DNA from: Vicugna vicugna
Lineage: Eukaryota
NCBI GenBank assembly: GCA_013265495.1
Contig: MU058824.1
Coordinates: forward strand, 2,011,111 to 2,075,110
DNA: 64,000 nucleotides
Direction of reading: 5' to 3'
Shown here: positions 1-12,728 of the stretch, in pieces
Position numbering within the stretch: position 1 is the stretch's first letter
Layout: each line of letters opens with the position of its first letter
Made by a program: the position numbers and the translations under genes
Notes under the pieces: generated by a model
What the model saw: the letters and a program-made list of their open reading frames with translations, nothing else
Told to the model about the DNA's origin: nothing
Database searches by the model: none

Positions 1-738
1 CACACAGCTAATGGTGGAGCTGAAGCCCATGCTCATGCACCATGTTTGGGTGAACGCAGCTGGTCTCTAGCCAGTGCCTACCTGCTCTGGCCCCTCTCTT
101 GTTAGGCCTGTGGTGCTTTGCTTTTGCCCAGTTACTCTGAGACTTGAGTCTGCCTTTGGATTACCTTCCTGGGGCTCTGAGATGAGTTCTTACACCTAGA
201 AGGGGATTTGAGAGTTTGGGATGCATGTAGCAGAGCCAGAGCTGGACAAAGGGGTGAAAACTGGCTTTAACCAAATTCTGACCCTGTGCCGGGGCTGGTG
301 CCAGCCAGAGAACTGTAGTTTTCATCCACAATCAGTTGTGACCTCAAGCTAGTCACTGTACTTATTGAGGCATCATCCATAAAGTGGGTTTAATGCCTAC
401 CAGTGCTGTGAGGCTCAAATTAGCCAAAGGATATGAACTTGCTTTAAAAACTGCACAGGGCTGTACCATGCCAGGACCTATTAGCATCCCCAGCAAAGTC
501 CTTGTTCTGCCTGGCACAGTGCGAGACAACCGATATTCCTAGCTGCCATCTGGCGGTAGCAGGAGCCTCCATGAATGTTCTCAACACGGGACAGAGTTCC
601 CTTGGGGTCCATGTCTGTATAAGGGTTCTGATCACTTACTCTCCTTCAGACTTGAATCTACAGAAGTTTCTTTACTGAGCATAAACTGCTTGCAGATATT
701 TTTAAGAGACAGCAATTGTCTAATATGTGGTTTGTTTT

Positions 739-744
739 AATAAA
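739..744 (+). terminator. Candidate poly(A) signal of the convergent neighbouring gene (probably TRIM14)
   Basis: AATAAA on the + strand preceded by T-rich sequence and followed by TGTCTCCTTT/TGTTCTT. Gene identity rests only on recalled mammalian ANP32B-NANS-TRIM14 synteny; no TRIM14 coding sequence is in the window. Confidence 0.45.
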
Positions 745-3663
745 ATACGAATACTGTCTCCTTTAACCATGTTCTTCACTGGAAGTTCATGTTGCTTCAA
801 GTACACACAGCACCTAGGCCTGAGCAGGGCCTTGCTCACCTCCCACCCTCTCCACAACTCTCTCATAGTCAGCTGGTCCTTGGTTGACTATCTAGTGATG
901 GAGAGTTAGTTCACTGTTTCTAAGGTAATTCACCAAGTTCTTGCTTATGTGGAAACAAATTCCTGCCTCCTGGGCTGTTCCTATCCAAGACAGTATTATG
1001 TAGCTTTTGGCAACTTTATAATCATCCTATAGCAACACTGAAGCCAATTTTTAGAGATTTCATGGACCCTCCCTTGCCTACTGTACCATCTCTTCTTTTT
1101 CTGCAATTCAACTTTGTCAGGGAGCAGGGGACAGTGATGACAGCCTGGTGGAGGCACAACCTCGCAGGAGGCACAGAGATGGCCCTGCACAGCCAGGGCC
1201 TGGTGGGCAGGAGGCTCTACTATGCAGAGGGGAGAGCCTGCCCAAGAAGCCAAGCTGCAAAGGAGGTGGGGTGGGTACGCATAAGAGTGGGGGGCAAGGT
1301 TGAGTCCACCATGTCCTGCTCTAAAGCCTTCTATGGCGCCCCATTACTTACAGAACAAAGTCAAATTCAGCAGGCTTTTAAGCCCTTGCTTCCTTTCTGA
1401 CCACCTTCCAAACCCTTTCTTTCCATGTGGCCATTCCCTGCCAAACCATCACCTGGACACACAGGGCACTTCCCATGCCCCGAATCCCACAATTCCTCAC
1501 TTGGTCACTTCTCAACATGCAAGGCTAAACTAAAGTGCTGCCTCCTCCAGGAGGGCTTCCCTGGCCAACATCTCTTCTCTCATTGCCATTCCGTAGCTCC
1601 CATGACTCTTGAAAAATATCTCAGCAATTCACAAATGCAGCATGCTATTAGTGGAGTTACCTGCACCCAACAGGCTGTCAACTCTCCAACAGGGTCCATC
1701 TGCTGCCTCTATGGGCCCAACAATGCATCTCCCACCTGGCAGGTGCTCCACATTCCCCAACTCCCTTGCCCATCTCACTGCATATGTCACTTTCTAGACC
1801 TGAGCTTCCCAACCTGAATGGGCCAGAGCTGTGCCCAGACATCCATCCTCTGCCCTCGGGGCCCAGCACAGCATGAAGGGGCCAGCTACTCCTGGCCGCA
1901 GGCAGCCCCGTACTTTACCCACACATGTCATACACAGGCTGTCGTTTTCTCTATGTGCCCTGGCGGGAAGCGTGTTCTGGACACTGGCCCTCCTTCACAG
2001 TTCTCTCCAACATGTTACACAGTCCTCCACCCAAAAGGTAGAGTTAAGATCTATACTCTCAGTGGCTCTTCCAACTCTGAGCCTCACTGGCCCCTGCCCT
2101 CTGAGGGAAATCCAGCTGAGGTCAGCAGAGCAGCCTGGGCCCTTCTAACATTACAGTCTCACAGGACCTGGAGGCGACTGACTGGTTCCCTGCTAGAAAC
2201 CACCTGCTGCTCATTCTTAGCCAGACCCTTCCCTCCCTTTCTTCCAGACCCACATCCTTCCAGGCCCTGGAACACATCTGTCTCCTACCATACTATGTCT
2301 CCTCTTATTAGGAAGTCTCAGATACTTGCTTTAGTGTCATCTTCTCTGCTGTTGTAGAAGAAAAAGGCCATGGAATCAGCAATTTTGACTGTCTACTCAC
2401 GATCTGTTTATAGGAGAAACAAAAGGGAGTAAAGAGCAGGCAGAAATGGGCGCTCCCACACTCCAGCACTAGCACGTCAACTCTGTGGGTTCTCTTTGAC
2501 ATGTGAGCACAACCTCGGAGTCCCACCCCAACGCACCCACACACACAAACACGAGTGCCTTTCCAGAAACTTCCAGGATCCATAGGAGAGGGAGGCTCTA
2601 TCCTCACAAGTAAAGAAACTTCAAAAGGCAAATTTATGCATTTGAAAAGAGACTCAAATATATACCTTGAAACAAGAGGAGTTATAGTAACCACGTCACA
2701 TAAATATGAACAAAGATTAAGAATTTGAAAATAATCATTAATCCCAGTATTGGTTCAAAAGAACAAAGAGGAATATGATACGGAATCTCTGTGAAACGTT
2801 CATGCTGCAGTTCAAGGAAGTAGAACAGTGAGGGTTTTTTGTTAGCTGGGTTTGTAGTTTCTCTGTGGATCACGGAAGGGCTGATTTCAGCATCACCACC
2901 GCATTTACAAGTCACCACAAGCTGCAAATACACCAAGACCCACATCCCCCAACTCCCTTACCCATCTCACTTCTAACACTGCAGTTTACTTACTGTGCTC
3001 ACGGCTTACGGTGCATCTGTCCCCATCTGAACGGATGTCCCATAAGGAAGGGATTCACTGCTGTATCCTCAGGCCCTAAAGCAGGGCCTGGCACATAGTA
3101 GGCCCTCCGTATTTGTTGAAAGAAGGAATATTATGCCATTTCCCTCTTTGCTCAGACATATGAGTACTTTGGGCATTTCTTTGCCTGCAAGACACTCTGG
3201 CCACCCCTTCTCTAATGCCAAGTCGTCGCTATACAGTTAACTACTCGGCCCCAGGGCGGGCGGAGGATAAGGGCAGTGGAGAAGGAGAGACAGCTGAAGG
3301 TCTGGAAGGACGGGAGATTTGGGGTCATTAGGGATGGCTTGTGGGCAGGAAGAAGGCAGGCTGGAAGGAGAGGGCCCATTCAGCCAGTACTCACGCCTCT
3401 GCACCCTCACAGCAAGTGGAGGGTGATGGGATGCTTCTGAGCCCACCTCACGTTCTGGGCCGGCCAACCTGAGGCAGAGGCTGCTCCTATCTGCTCTTTG
3501 TATCCCTGCACCGGGCCTGGTCCAGGGCCTGGCCCCAAAATGTCTGTTGTCTGGGCATGGAGGGGATGAAAGCCAGGTCCCTGGAGACAACCACTCCCAC
3601 CCCATTTCACTCAAAGGCACCTGACAGTACCCGCAAGGCAATTCAGAATTCAGAGAATGGCAC

Positions 3664-3669
3664 TTTATT
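3664..3669 (-). terminator. NANS: NANS polyadenylation signal AATAAA
   Basis: Minus strand reads TCT TAA AATAAA GTGCC; the hexamer directly follows the stop codon. Confidence 0.8.
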
Positions 3670-3879
3670 TTAAGACTTGATTTTTTTGCCATGATTTTCT
3701 ACCGATTCTTCCATGATCGTGTCGTCTTCTTCAACAGTGACCAGGACCTTCTTGCCCACTAGACTAAAGATGTCTTCAGGAGGATAGCCTTTGGGCTCAC
3801 CCACCTTCACAGTGAGCATGTCCAGTGTTAAAATGGTGCCCTCCGGGATTTTCACTTTGGCCACCACAGACTTGCCCAG
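3670..3879 (-). CDS. NANS: NANS coding exon 6 (210 nt incl. TAA), antifreeze-like/SAF C-terminal domain
   Basis: LGKSVVAKVKIPEGTILTLDMLTVKVGEPKG...NHGKKIKS*; acceptor CCACAG|CTG; stop TAA at 3672..3670. The six exons total 1080 nt. Confidence 0.98.
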   Translation of the reverse strand: MGKSVVAKVKIPEGTILTLDMLTVKVGEPKGYPPEDIFSLVGKKVLVTVEEDDTIMEESVENHGKKIKS

Positions 3880-5590
3880 CTGTGGATAAAATAAAGACTC
3901 AGTGCCAGCCTCACAGAAATAACTAGCACACGCTGCTTTATCCCCAAGGTCCCCGATTGGTATTCTTGAACAGGGTACCTTGAAAGCAGGGACTGTTTTC
4001 CCCTTTGGTGCCTAAAACAGTATCTCACACACAGCAGGGACTCAGCCAGTGTCAAGGGGACTCAGAGGAGGGGCCTTTATAATAAAGTACTCAGGATACG
4101 GAGCCAAAGAGCCAGATCCGAATCGTGGCTGAGTGTCTCTGTAGAATGGGAAACAACAGTGCCTCTATCTTGTCACACAACTATAAGGATTAATGATAAT
4201 AATGTCTGTAATCTACCTGGAACGTAGAATGCTCTCAATAAATAAAAATTAAGATTACTTTGTCATCGTCTAGTTCAGTATCTCATTTTAAACATGGGGA
4301 AACTGAGGTCCACAGAGGGCAGGTAACCCGGCCAAGACTACGAGGAGCCAGGAGAACCTAGGATTCCTGACTCCTGGCCCACTGCTCTCGACGGACACAA
4401 ACCTTATGGTCCCCTTGCTCGGTAAAATAGGAATATGGAGGGCTCACAAGACGGTGAGGATGACTGCTGTTCAGAGGAACAGAAAGGGGGCCTCCTAGGA
4501 AGGGTGGACAGACAGGACGGGCAGGTAAGGGGAACAAAGGAGACATGAAGATCATGACCAGCGATTCTGTCTTGTCTGTTAACACGGGTCAACAAATCAT
4601 CTCTTCCATTCCGCTACATCCTCCAGGCAGGGGCCAAGGAATCTACTCTGGAATTTAGTGGCAGGACAAAAAGTCTCCCAAGGGATGATTATCAGATTAT
4701 GCATCCTGTGATATTTTCACTGTTTGCCCAGGGAGCCTGGAGGCTCAGAACCAAACCAAGTACTCAACTGCTACATCTCTCATTCCAGTTTCTGGTCCAG
4801 TTCTCTCCCCTTTTCCTCTCTAAAGTAGCTGGGTTTTTGTTCAGTTTCGTTTTTTTAACTATTTTAATTTCTTGGTGTATATGCATCTTCAATTTGAGGA
4901 CAGCATAAAAGATGGCAAACACTCCTCATGCAGGCCCAGTGTTTGATCTCTGCCTCCACTCAGACCACCTGCATCACGTGAGGAGGGCTGCTCTCCTAGT
5001 AGCCCCGGGCCACCTGGCTCTCAACTCAGAGGCCAAGACAGGTCTAGGCTATGGCTGTGAGGAAGCCCAGATGCTCAGTGTGCCAGGCAGGGTTCCTCGG
5101 CCTCCCCGTCCCCTCTGTCTGAAGGTTAATGCTGTGCAGCTCAAACTGCTCCTGAGGGAACATTTGCATCATCCCCCACCAGCCCTGTGACAACCCCCTG
5201 CTCCCCTCCACCCAGAGCCTCCCGCACTTAGGGATGCCTTGACATATCATAGGCCCTTCACCCGCTGCCTTACGGAACCCCTCTGCCTGAATGTTTCTCA
5301 AGACTTACCTACTCCACGGGACCCCAGGCTTGACCTACGTTTGTGCCTCATGAGGACCCGGACACTCCCCCGCCCTGACATCTCTCAGGGTCTAGAGCAC
5401 CAGGGTGACAGGCTTCAGAGACTTAATGGAAAACTATAAAATGAACCCAAAAGAACTCCAAGGCTCAAAGCAACATCCCTGCATCCCCGCCCTGGCCTGG
5501 GCTCAGGTAGGGCTGGTACTAACTACCTCTCAGGTAAGCCCACTGTGGCCCCTCCCCACGGTGGAGCCTGGCAGGATCAGGAGGACCCAC

Positions 5591-5857
5591 CTTCTCGTTG
5601 CAGGCCATCTCACAGGGCAGCAGCTGCTTGTTCGGGGAGCCAAGGGCCCTCTCCACGAGGCGCACGGACCGCACCAGCTCGGCCAGCTCTCCAGGCTCCA
5701 GCGAGGCCGAGTGGTCACTCCCTTTCCAGGTTTTGTCCAAAGTTATGTGACGCTCCAAGACTTTGGCCCCCAGAGCCACCGCGGCCACAGATATTGCTAT
5801 GCCTGTTTCATGCCCAGAATACCCTATGGGAATGTCAGGAAAGAGCTTCTGATATTC
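5591..5857 (-). CDS. NANS: NANS coding exon 5 (267 nt)
   Basis: EYQKLFPDIPIGYSGHETG...LERHITLDKTWKGSDHSASLEP...MACNEK, with the GYSxH and SDH metal-binding motifs of the NeuB family. Acceptor TTTAAAG|GAA, donor AAG|GTGGGT. Confidence 0.98.
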
Positions 5858-7296
5858 CTTTAAAGTAGAAAAAGAGAAGAAAGAAGGTTGAATATTGTGG
5901 TGCTTTCCATATACATCCGGAGTCACGAAGATCGGGGTTTGAGCCCGAGTTTAGCCGCTCACTATCCACACAGCTGCAGGAGGACGCTGAGGCTCTCTGA
6001 GCCTCTCCTTCCTGGGACAACTGTACCTGGTGGGAGCTGCCGTGAACACGTGGAAAGCACTCAGCACACTGTAAATGCTCAAAAGTAATGGCTACTGTTA
6101 TCAAGAACGCAGCTGAAGGACGTTTCACACTGTGCAAACCACCAGGAATAATAACAGGACTATAACCAAATGCCTAAACTCGTCCGAAAAGCACCTGCCC
6201 CGTTAATTAGCCTGAGCTGCTGAAAGCAAGTGTGCTACATGCACAAGTACCATCATCAATAAAGCACACAGCCCAATCCCAAAACAGTCCTTTGGTGAAA
6301 ACGCTAAATAATTAACTGGTTGTCTATAATTCACTGGATGCAACACAAGACATTCTAAGTCGAGTGAGTCTTGTCAGTGAGGTGACGAGGAAGCTTAAGT
6401 ACAGCAGACAGATCCAGATGGGAGTTAATAAAAGATTAGGATGGCTGAGTGGCAAAGGCCTTGAAAACCAGGCTTACGGGTGTGAGATGGACAAAGAAGT
6501 GCAGGGTGCTGGGTCAGAGGACTCACCCTGCTGTGACTCGGGTGGGCTGGGCCCAAGGGGCGGGCTGGCAGTTTAACTCTGACCGTGCCCTGCTCTCCAG
6601 AGAGAGGCCATGCACACACCTTAGGGGGATGGAAGGGAAGTGGGGACCATGCTTCACAAAGGAAGAAAACTGAGGAAACTATCTGGCATCACATACACTA
6701 AATTGTTAATTATGGTAATCTCTGTGGGATGGGATTAGAGAGGATGCTCATTTGCTATGTTATGTATTTCAGGGCTGTTTGAGTTTTTAAAAAATCATGT
6801 TTTAAAAATAACATGATTTAGAGATGAGCTAGAAATGGAGAAAAGACTACTGAACTGGGAGGGACAGAAACTTTAGTTAAAAAGATAGCAGTGTCATTTC
6901 CAAAAAGGTTAATTTTTTTTTTTACCCACAACTCACTTAGAAAGGATATAAGCCAGCCATTCACAGAAGAGGAACCGCTAATGGCGAAGACACACTGGTA
7001 AAGAAAATGTACATAGATAATTATGAAGACGCCACCTTAAGTTTTACAATGAGCAAAATTAAGATTGGCTTTAAGAAAATTTAATTTATGATCTTTAGAA
7101 TGTATCTGCTTCTTTAACCTCAGAGCTGGTTCTAATTAGATTCTGTAACAGCAGGATTGTCAAAGGATGTTAAAAAAAAAAAAAAAGGTATTGGCAAAGG
7201 ATGTTTAAGTTACAAAGCAAGGTTGTTTAGGATCTGGGCAGCATCTGCCTCACAGCAAATGGCCCGATCAGACAAACGGCCCTCCCTCGTGCTCAC

Positions 7297-7451
7297 CGAG
7301 ATGACGCGCAGGTTGACGTCCTCAGGCTGGAGTGGGTATGCACTGGTGCACTGGAGGAAGCAGAAGTTGGGGTTGAGGGGCTTCACAATCTGATAGACTT
7401 GCTTCATGGTGTCCATCGACTGCATCCCACTGGAGATCACCATGGGGCGGC
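7297..7451 (-). CDS. NANS: NANS coding exon 4 (155 nt)
   Basis: (G)RPMVISSGMQSMDTMKQVYQIVKPLNPNFCFLQCTSAYPLQPEDVNLRVIS; acceptor CCCGCAG|GC, donor TCG|GTGAGC; restores phase 0. Confidence 0.97.
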
Positions 7452-8267
7452 CTGCGGGACCCAACACCAACACTGCCACCACTTTCTTTTTAGGGCTTCT
7501 AACTCTCCCTTAAGCACACCCCTGCTCTTGGTCTCATCGTTCCACTGAACCCTACAAACAGCTCTCAAACACTGTGCCAGCCTTGCTGGGGGAACAGAGG
7601 TGAGCTTGGTGGGGTCCTGTCCTCAACTACAGGAAATGCAGAGCCCTCACCCCCGCAACATCATCGTTTTGCAAGGTGAACCAAATAAAGAGGAACTCCA
7701 CACTCTTCAGAGAAAAATGAACATCTCATTGGATTAAGAGGTTGCACAGTGTGGTAAGGTGAGCACTGCCCCAGATACAAGAGTGCGAGGCCCAGAGCTG
7801 CCACATCTACGTGGTGTGGTCTCAGATGCCTCGTCTGTGAAGTAAGTAGAGAGCATCATAGTTATACGACCTGCTTCAGCCCCAGGGTTGTTACGAGGAT
7901 CAAGTGAGACCCCTCCTGTTGTAAGGCCACTTTACAAACTGTGACGTGCAGAGGTTAGACATTGTAATATACCTACAGAATATTTCTCAAAGTCAGACCT
8001 TCCTCTAAGAAGCTTTATATAGACTGTCATATCCTCAATTTAGTATAAATATTCTTAGAAATTAAAAAAAATTTTTAATTTAAAAATTTTTGTTAAAAAA
8101 CTGTCTTATCCTCAATTACTTTCCTTTCAAGTCAGCAAATGAAAAAGTGGGAGAATATGCTGACTGGAAAACCTATCTTCAGGAGACTCCTTTGGTGGGT
8201 TGTTTATTAACAGAGTAAGAACAAGAGGGTCTGGACTCAGACTGTATGACAAAAATGAAACACTCAC

Positions 8268-8367
8268 CTTTTTTGGCCGTCTTTTCCAGATAAGGGAAAT
8301 TGTTAGTATCCCCAGATCCAACTTTGAAAAATGGAACATTCAGTTCGTGCAGAAACTCAACTGCCAT
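8268..8367 (-). CDS. NANS: NANS coding exon 3 (100 nt)
   Basis: MAVEFLHELNVPFFKVGSGDTNNFPYLEKTAKK(G); acceptor TTTTTGTAG|ATG, donor AAG|GTGAGT; ends phase 1. Confidence 0.98.
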
Positions 8368-9228
8368 CTACAAAAATCAGAGGGGGAGCTCTTTTTCACC
8401 ATTGTTCAAAATCACTGTCCTGAAGACTGGTGAGGAGCCACAAACAGAAAAATCCCTTCTCTTGCCCAGCAAGAGGGACTCTCAACAACTTGAAAGCAGA
8501 CACAGATTTGTTATCAGTCATTTCATTCAAATTCAAACACTCTTGCATTCATATCCAACCATCCGTCTGTCCAACAAACGTTGCATGCTGGCCTGCACTA
8601 GCCATGAGAATCTCGAAGTGAATGGGACCCCTGGCCAGACCTTCCTTCCCCAGGGGCCCAGGAAACAAACGAGAAGGCCTAATCTTGACCCAGAAAAGCA
8701 GGCAGTGAGAAAGTGGAAGTTCCTCAAAGGTTTTACCCTTTCTTCAGGACCAAAGAGCCAGGAAAAGTAGCCATTTCAATCTTTGCCGAAAGTAGAAAAA
8801 AATGGAGCACAGGATGGCCCAGCTCTGACACACACTAGTCCACAGCTGGCAGGGCCCATCAAACCCAAGCCCTTTCAGACCTCAAACCATGCTGCTCACA
8901 GGAAAAATGAACCGCAGTCACTTTTTTGGACACAACATCATTGTCTGAGGCTACCTCTCTAGGGCCTTTCACCATCCTTATCTGGGATTCATCAGTTACA
9001 CTCAGGAAGTTGGCAAAGGACCTCAGGATTTAAGAGTAAAATCTCAACTTGCTGTCAAATGACAAGACCCCCCAAATTACTTTTCATTGCTGTTTTTAAA
9101 AACTGAAGTTGAAAACCAGAAGCAGGGCGAATCAATGTCTTGGAATGTTTCCAAATATCTAAGTTCATCTATCTTAAAATGCTGGCTGAGTCTCAAAAGT
9201 AAGTTTGGAAGACTTGGTTAGCTAGGTC

Positions 9229-9400
9229 AGTGCTTCTCACACTCTAATACGGGCCCAGGAACCTGTCAGGGATTTTGCTCAAGTGAAATGCAAATTCTGA
9301 TTCTGTTGGTCTACAGTGGGACCTGAGAGTCTGCATTTCTTGTAAGTTCCCAGGGAATGCCACTGTTACTGCTCCGAGAATCATACCCTGAATAGCAAGG
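9229..9400. mobile_element. hAT-Charlie MITE (MER5A-like)
   Basis: CAGTGCTTCTCA start; ATGCAAATTCTGATTC...GGGACCTGAGAGTCTGCATTTCT...AAGTTCCCAGG. Confidence 0.75.
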
Positions 9401-11479
9401 AGCGAGACTACCAGCATGAAAATCCAAAGGGCTTGGGGATGGTTAGGAGCAGTCTGAGAAGGTCATTCTGCCAGTAGGCTCTTTAAATCAAGACACTGCT
9501 GCCTGAGCTTCTGTCCATCTTCCCAGCAGGTGATGAACTACTACTCCAATCACTGGCCACACTCAGAGAATCACTGTCCTCATGTGTTAAGACTCTAATA
9601 ACATAGGTATTAGAGCTGTTCGGGAGAGACATTCAGAGTGGCTAACCAGCCAGTGAACAGTTCAAAGGCAGATGGCCCCTCAGTCCAAGAGACACCTTGG
9701 AGATGGCCCAAGCGCCACTCACCTCCAAGTGTGCTAAGACACTGGTGCCTCCTCCTCTCTGCTTTACTTCTTCCTCGTCTCTCCTTTCCTTTCCATAGTT
9801 TTCTATGTCACTCTCTCTTGTGTATGTGTCTCTCATACTGTTAACCAGCCCTAAGATGGGACTGAAAAGTATTCACTTTTAATATATTTATTGAACAAAG
9901 CCTAACGTTCCCATCCTTCTTACTCTATCTGGCAGATGAAGAGCGTGTTTTCCATTTTAAGAGGGGAAACCCTGTGCTAAGTTTTCGTCTATATAATGGT
10001 CAACTTGTGAGAGCGTGGTTCATGATGAAAAAGCCCCTAAGAGCACAGAGATGGAGAAGCCCACTCAGGAGAGGTGCAGAGCGAACAGGGGCAAGGTGGG
10101 GGGCCATGTACAGAAAAAACACTTGAAAATGCTTACCTATGCTAGTTGTAAAATGTGCATGGAGCTCTACAATTTTCAAATGAGGAAAAGGACAAAATTT
10201 GTGCTGGAAGAGAACTGTGCACCTCATTTTGCAGCCCTCCTGAGGAGCCAGCCCCACCTAGTGGCCATTTAGAAAACTGCCATTTGGGGTTAATCTCTGC
10301 AAAGGGTGCCAACTTCAGCCATAATCCGGAAAAGGCTAGCCTTCCACCCTGCGGCCATATCGCCATGCCCAGGACCCCTCAGGCTGGGTCAATGTCAGTG
10401 GCCTCCTCCTCTCCGTGGACTCCCTGGCTTCCTCTAGCCCTGCCCACCCTGCTGTTTGATCCCTTCCATCCAGGGGTACAATGCAGCCAGGCAGTCTTAC
10501 AACTTCTCCCCCTTCCCACTCCACAGCACAAAGGCTTTCTGAATCTGTCTGAAAGGAACCTGGCTGAGTATGACCCACCGCCCCCCAACCCCGGGCATCT
10601 AACTGGGTTAAACACACAGAAAAGGGTCCCACCAGCAAACTGGTTTGGGTGAAACACCACACTGCCAGACTCCCTCCCAGAGGGTCCCAGTAAATACACC
10701 TGTCCAGCTATTTTATCTCAGTGCTTCCCACACTTATTTTACTCAGAATCCTTGTTTATTTGGGGGAGAGGCTTTGATTCTAAATTAATAAACTAATGAT
10801 AATCAACAATGTGTGCCCATAGAACCCCCTCTCCACATTGTGTCCCATGAGAAATGTGGGGGTCCGCTGATCTAAGAGGTGCTTCCACTCCCCTCTGTAT
10901 CTGTGGTGATAAGCTGGCAAGAACAGGGGTGCTGAAGGACTGCCCTAGTCAGGGTGAGGAAATGATAAGGGGGACATAGAGCCCGCTGGCCCCATCAGAA
11001 TGCAGCATGAGGAGGCAGGGGTGGCAGAGGAAAGGGCGCTGTAGAGGCAGGTGCAGGGAGGGAAGGGCAGCTCCGCTAGGATGGGTCCCTCAGGGCCACC
11101 GCTACTTCATGGCTCCCACTGGCTTTCTGAACAGAATTCTCCATTTAGACCAAAGGCACTGTGCTCATTTCAGCCAAGTTCCACGTGCCTCTGTGTAGCT
11201 TTTGACCAAGTGCCCTGGCAGTTTTCTTCGTCTTAATGAAGTTCCGCCATGCCTTAACCTTCCTCAGCACACAGAGAGGAGAAAATCGGCACTCAATAAA
11301 TGCCTACTGTACATGAGGAAGTTAGGTGGGTAAATACTCAGAGCTACTTGCCAGGTAAACACAGAACAAGGGACCAACCTGCCTCCAACAGCCGGGTAGA
11401 CAGGACTTGCTGGTTCAGCCAAGGTGCCTGGCAGGAAAAGAAATTAACTCTTGCAAAGGCTCATAACAATGCATTTCCC

Positions 11480-12728
11480 AATGAAATTAGAACATTTTCT
11501 AATACCATATACAAAAATAAACTCAAAATGGATTAGAGACTTAAATGTAAGACCAGACACTATAAAACTGCTAGGAGAAAACAGAACACTCTTGCACATA
11601 AATCACAGCAATATATTTTTTGAACCAGCTCCTGGAGTAATGGAAATAAAAGCAAAAATAAACGGGATCTAATTAAACTTAAAAGCTTTTGCACAGCTAA
11701 GGATACCATCAACAAAATGAAAAACAAAATGACAACCTACAGAATGGGAGAAAATATTTGCAAATGATGCAACTACCAAGGGACTAATTTCCAAAATATA
11801 CAAACAGCTCATATACCTTAATATAAAAAAACAAGCAACCCAATCGAAAAATGGGCAGAAGATCTAAACAGACATCTTTCCAAAGACATACAGATGGCCA
11901 ACAAGCACATGAAAAGATGCTCAACATCACTAATTGTTAGAGAAATACAAATCAACACTACGATGAGATATCACCTCACACCAGTCAGAATGGCCAAGAT
12001 CAAAAAGTCTACAAATGATAAAAGCTGGAGAGGTTGTAGAGAAAAAGGAATCCTCCAACTCTGTTGGTGGTAATGTAAATTAGTGTAGCCACTATGGAGG
12101 ATAGTATGGAGGTTCCTTAAAAAACTACAAACAGACTTACCATATGATCCAGCAACCCCACTCCTGGGCATATACCCAGAGAAAAATATAATCCAAAAGA
12201 TACATGCATCCCAATGTTCATAGCAGCACTATTTACAATAGCCAAGATATGGTAACAACCCAAAGGCCCATCAATAGGTGACTAGAAAAGTAAGATGTGG
12301 TCTATATATACAAGGGAATACTACTCAGCCATAAAAAGGAATGAAGCAATACCATTTGCAGCAATATGGATGGACATGGAGATTGTCACTCTAAGTGAAG
12401 TAAGCCAGAAGGAAAAGAAAAATGCTGTATGATATTGCTTATATGTGGAATCTGAAAAAAGACAAACGAACTTATCTACAAAACAGAAACAGACTCACAG
12501 ACATAGAGAAAAAACTTATGGTTACCAGGGGGTAAAAAGGGTGGGAAGGGATAAATTGGGAATTTGAAAACTGCACCTCTTGTGGAGTGATGGAAATGTT
12601 TGCTATCTTGATTGTGGTAGTGGTTTCATGGGTGTATATATATCTATCAAAATTCATCAAATTGTACATTTGAAATATGTGTAGTTTACTGTATAGGACC
12701 ATACCACAATAAAGGTGTTAAAAAAAAT
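11480..12728 (+). mobile_element. 5'-truncated LINE-1 (ORF2 C-terminus + 3' UTR + A tail) with target-site duplication
   Basis: Degenerate ORF2 peptide PYTKINSKWIRDLNVRPDTIKLL; typical L1 3' sequence (CCATATGATCCAGCAACCCCACTCCTGGGCATATACCC); AATGCATTTCCC repeated at 11468-11479 and 12729-12740. Confidence 0.93.

Noticed and set aside
1062..2945. Cluster of 60-179 aa ORFs downstream of NANS
   Set aside because: No recognisable homology (no TRIM/PRY-SPRY motifs) and no consistent exon structure; consistent with random ORFs.
3670..3867. Stand-alone 65-aa type III antifreeze-like ORF
   Set aside because: It is NANS exon 6 (SAF/antifreeze-like domain), with a proper acceptor at 3879 and no signal peptide.
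11451..12171. ORFs with reverse-transcriptase-protein-like peptides
   Set aside because: Frameshifted, 5'-truncated L1 ORF2 remnants; not a functional gene.
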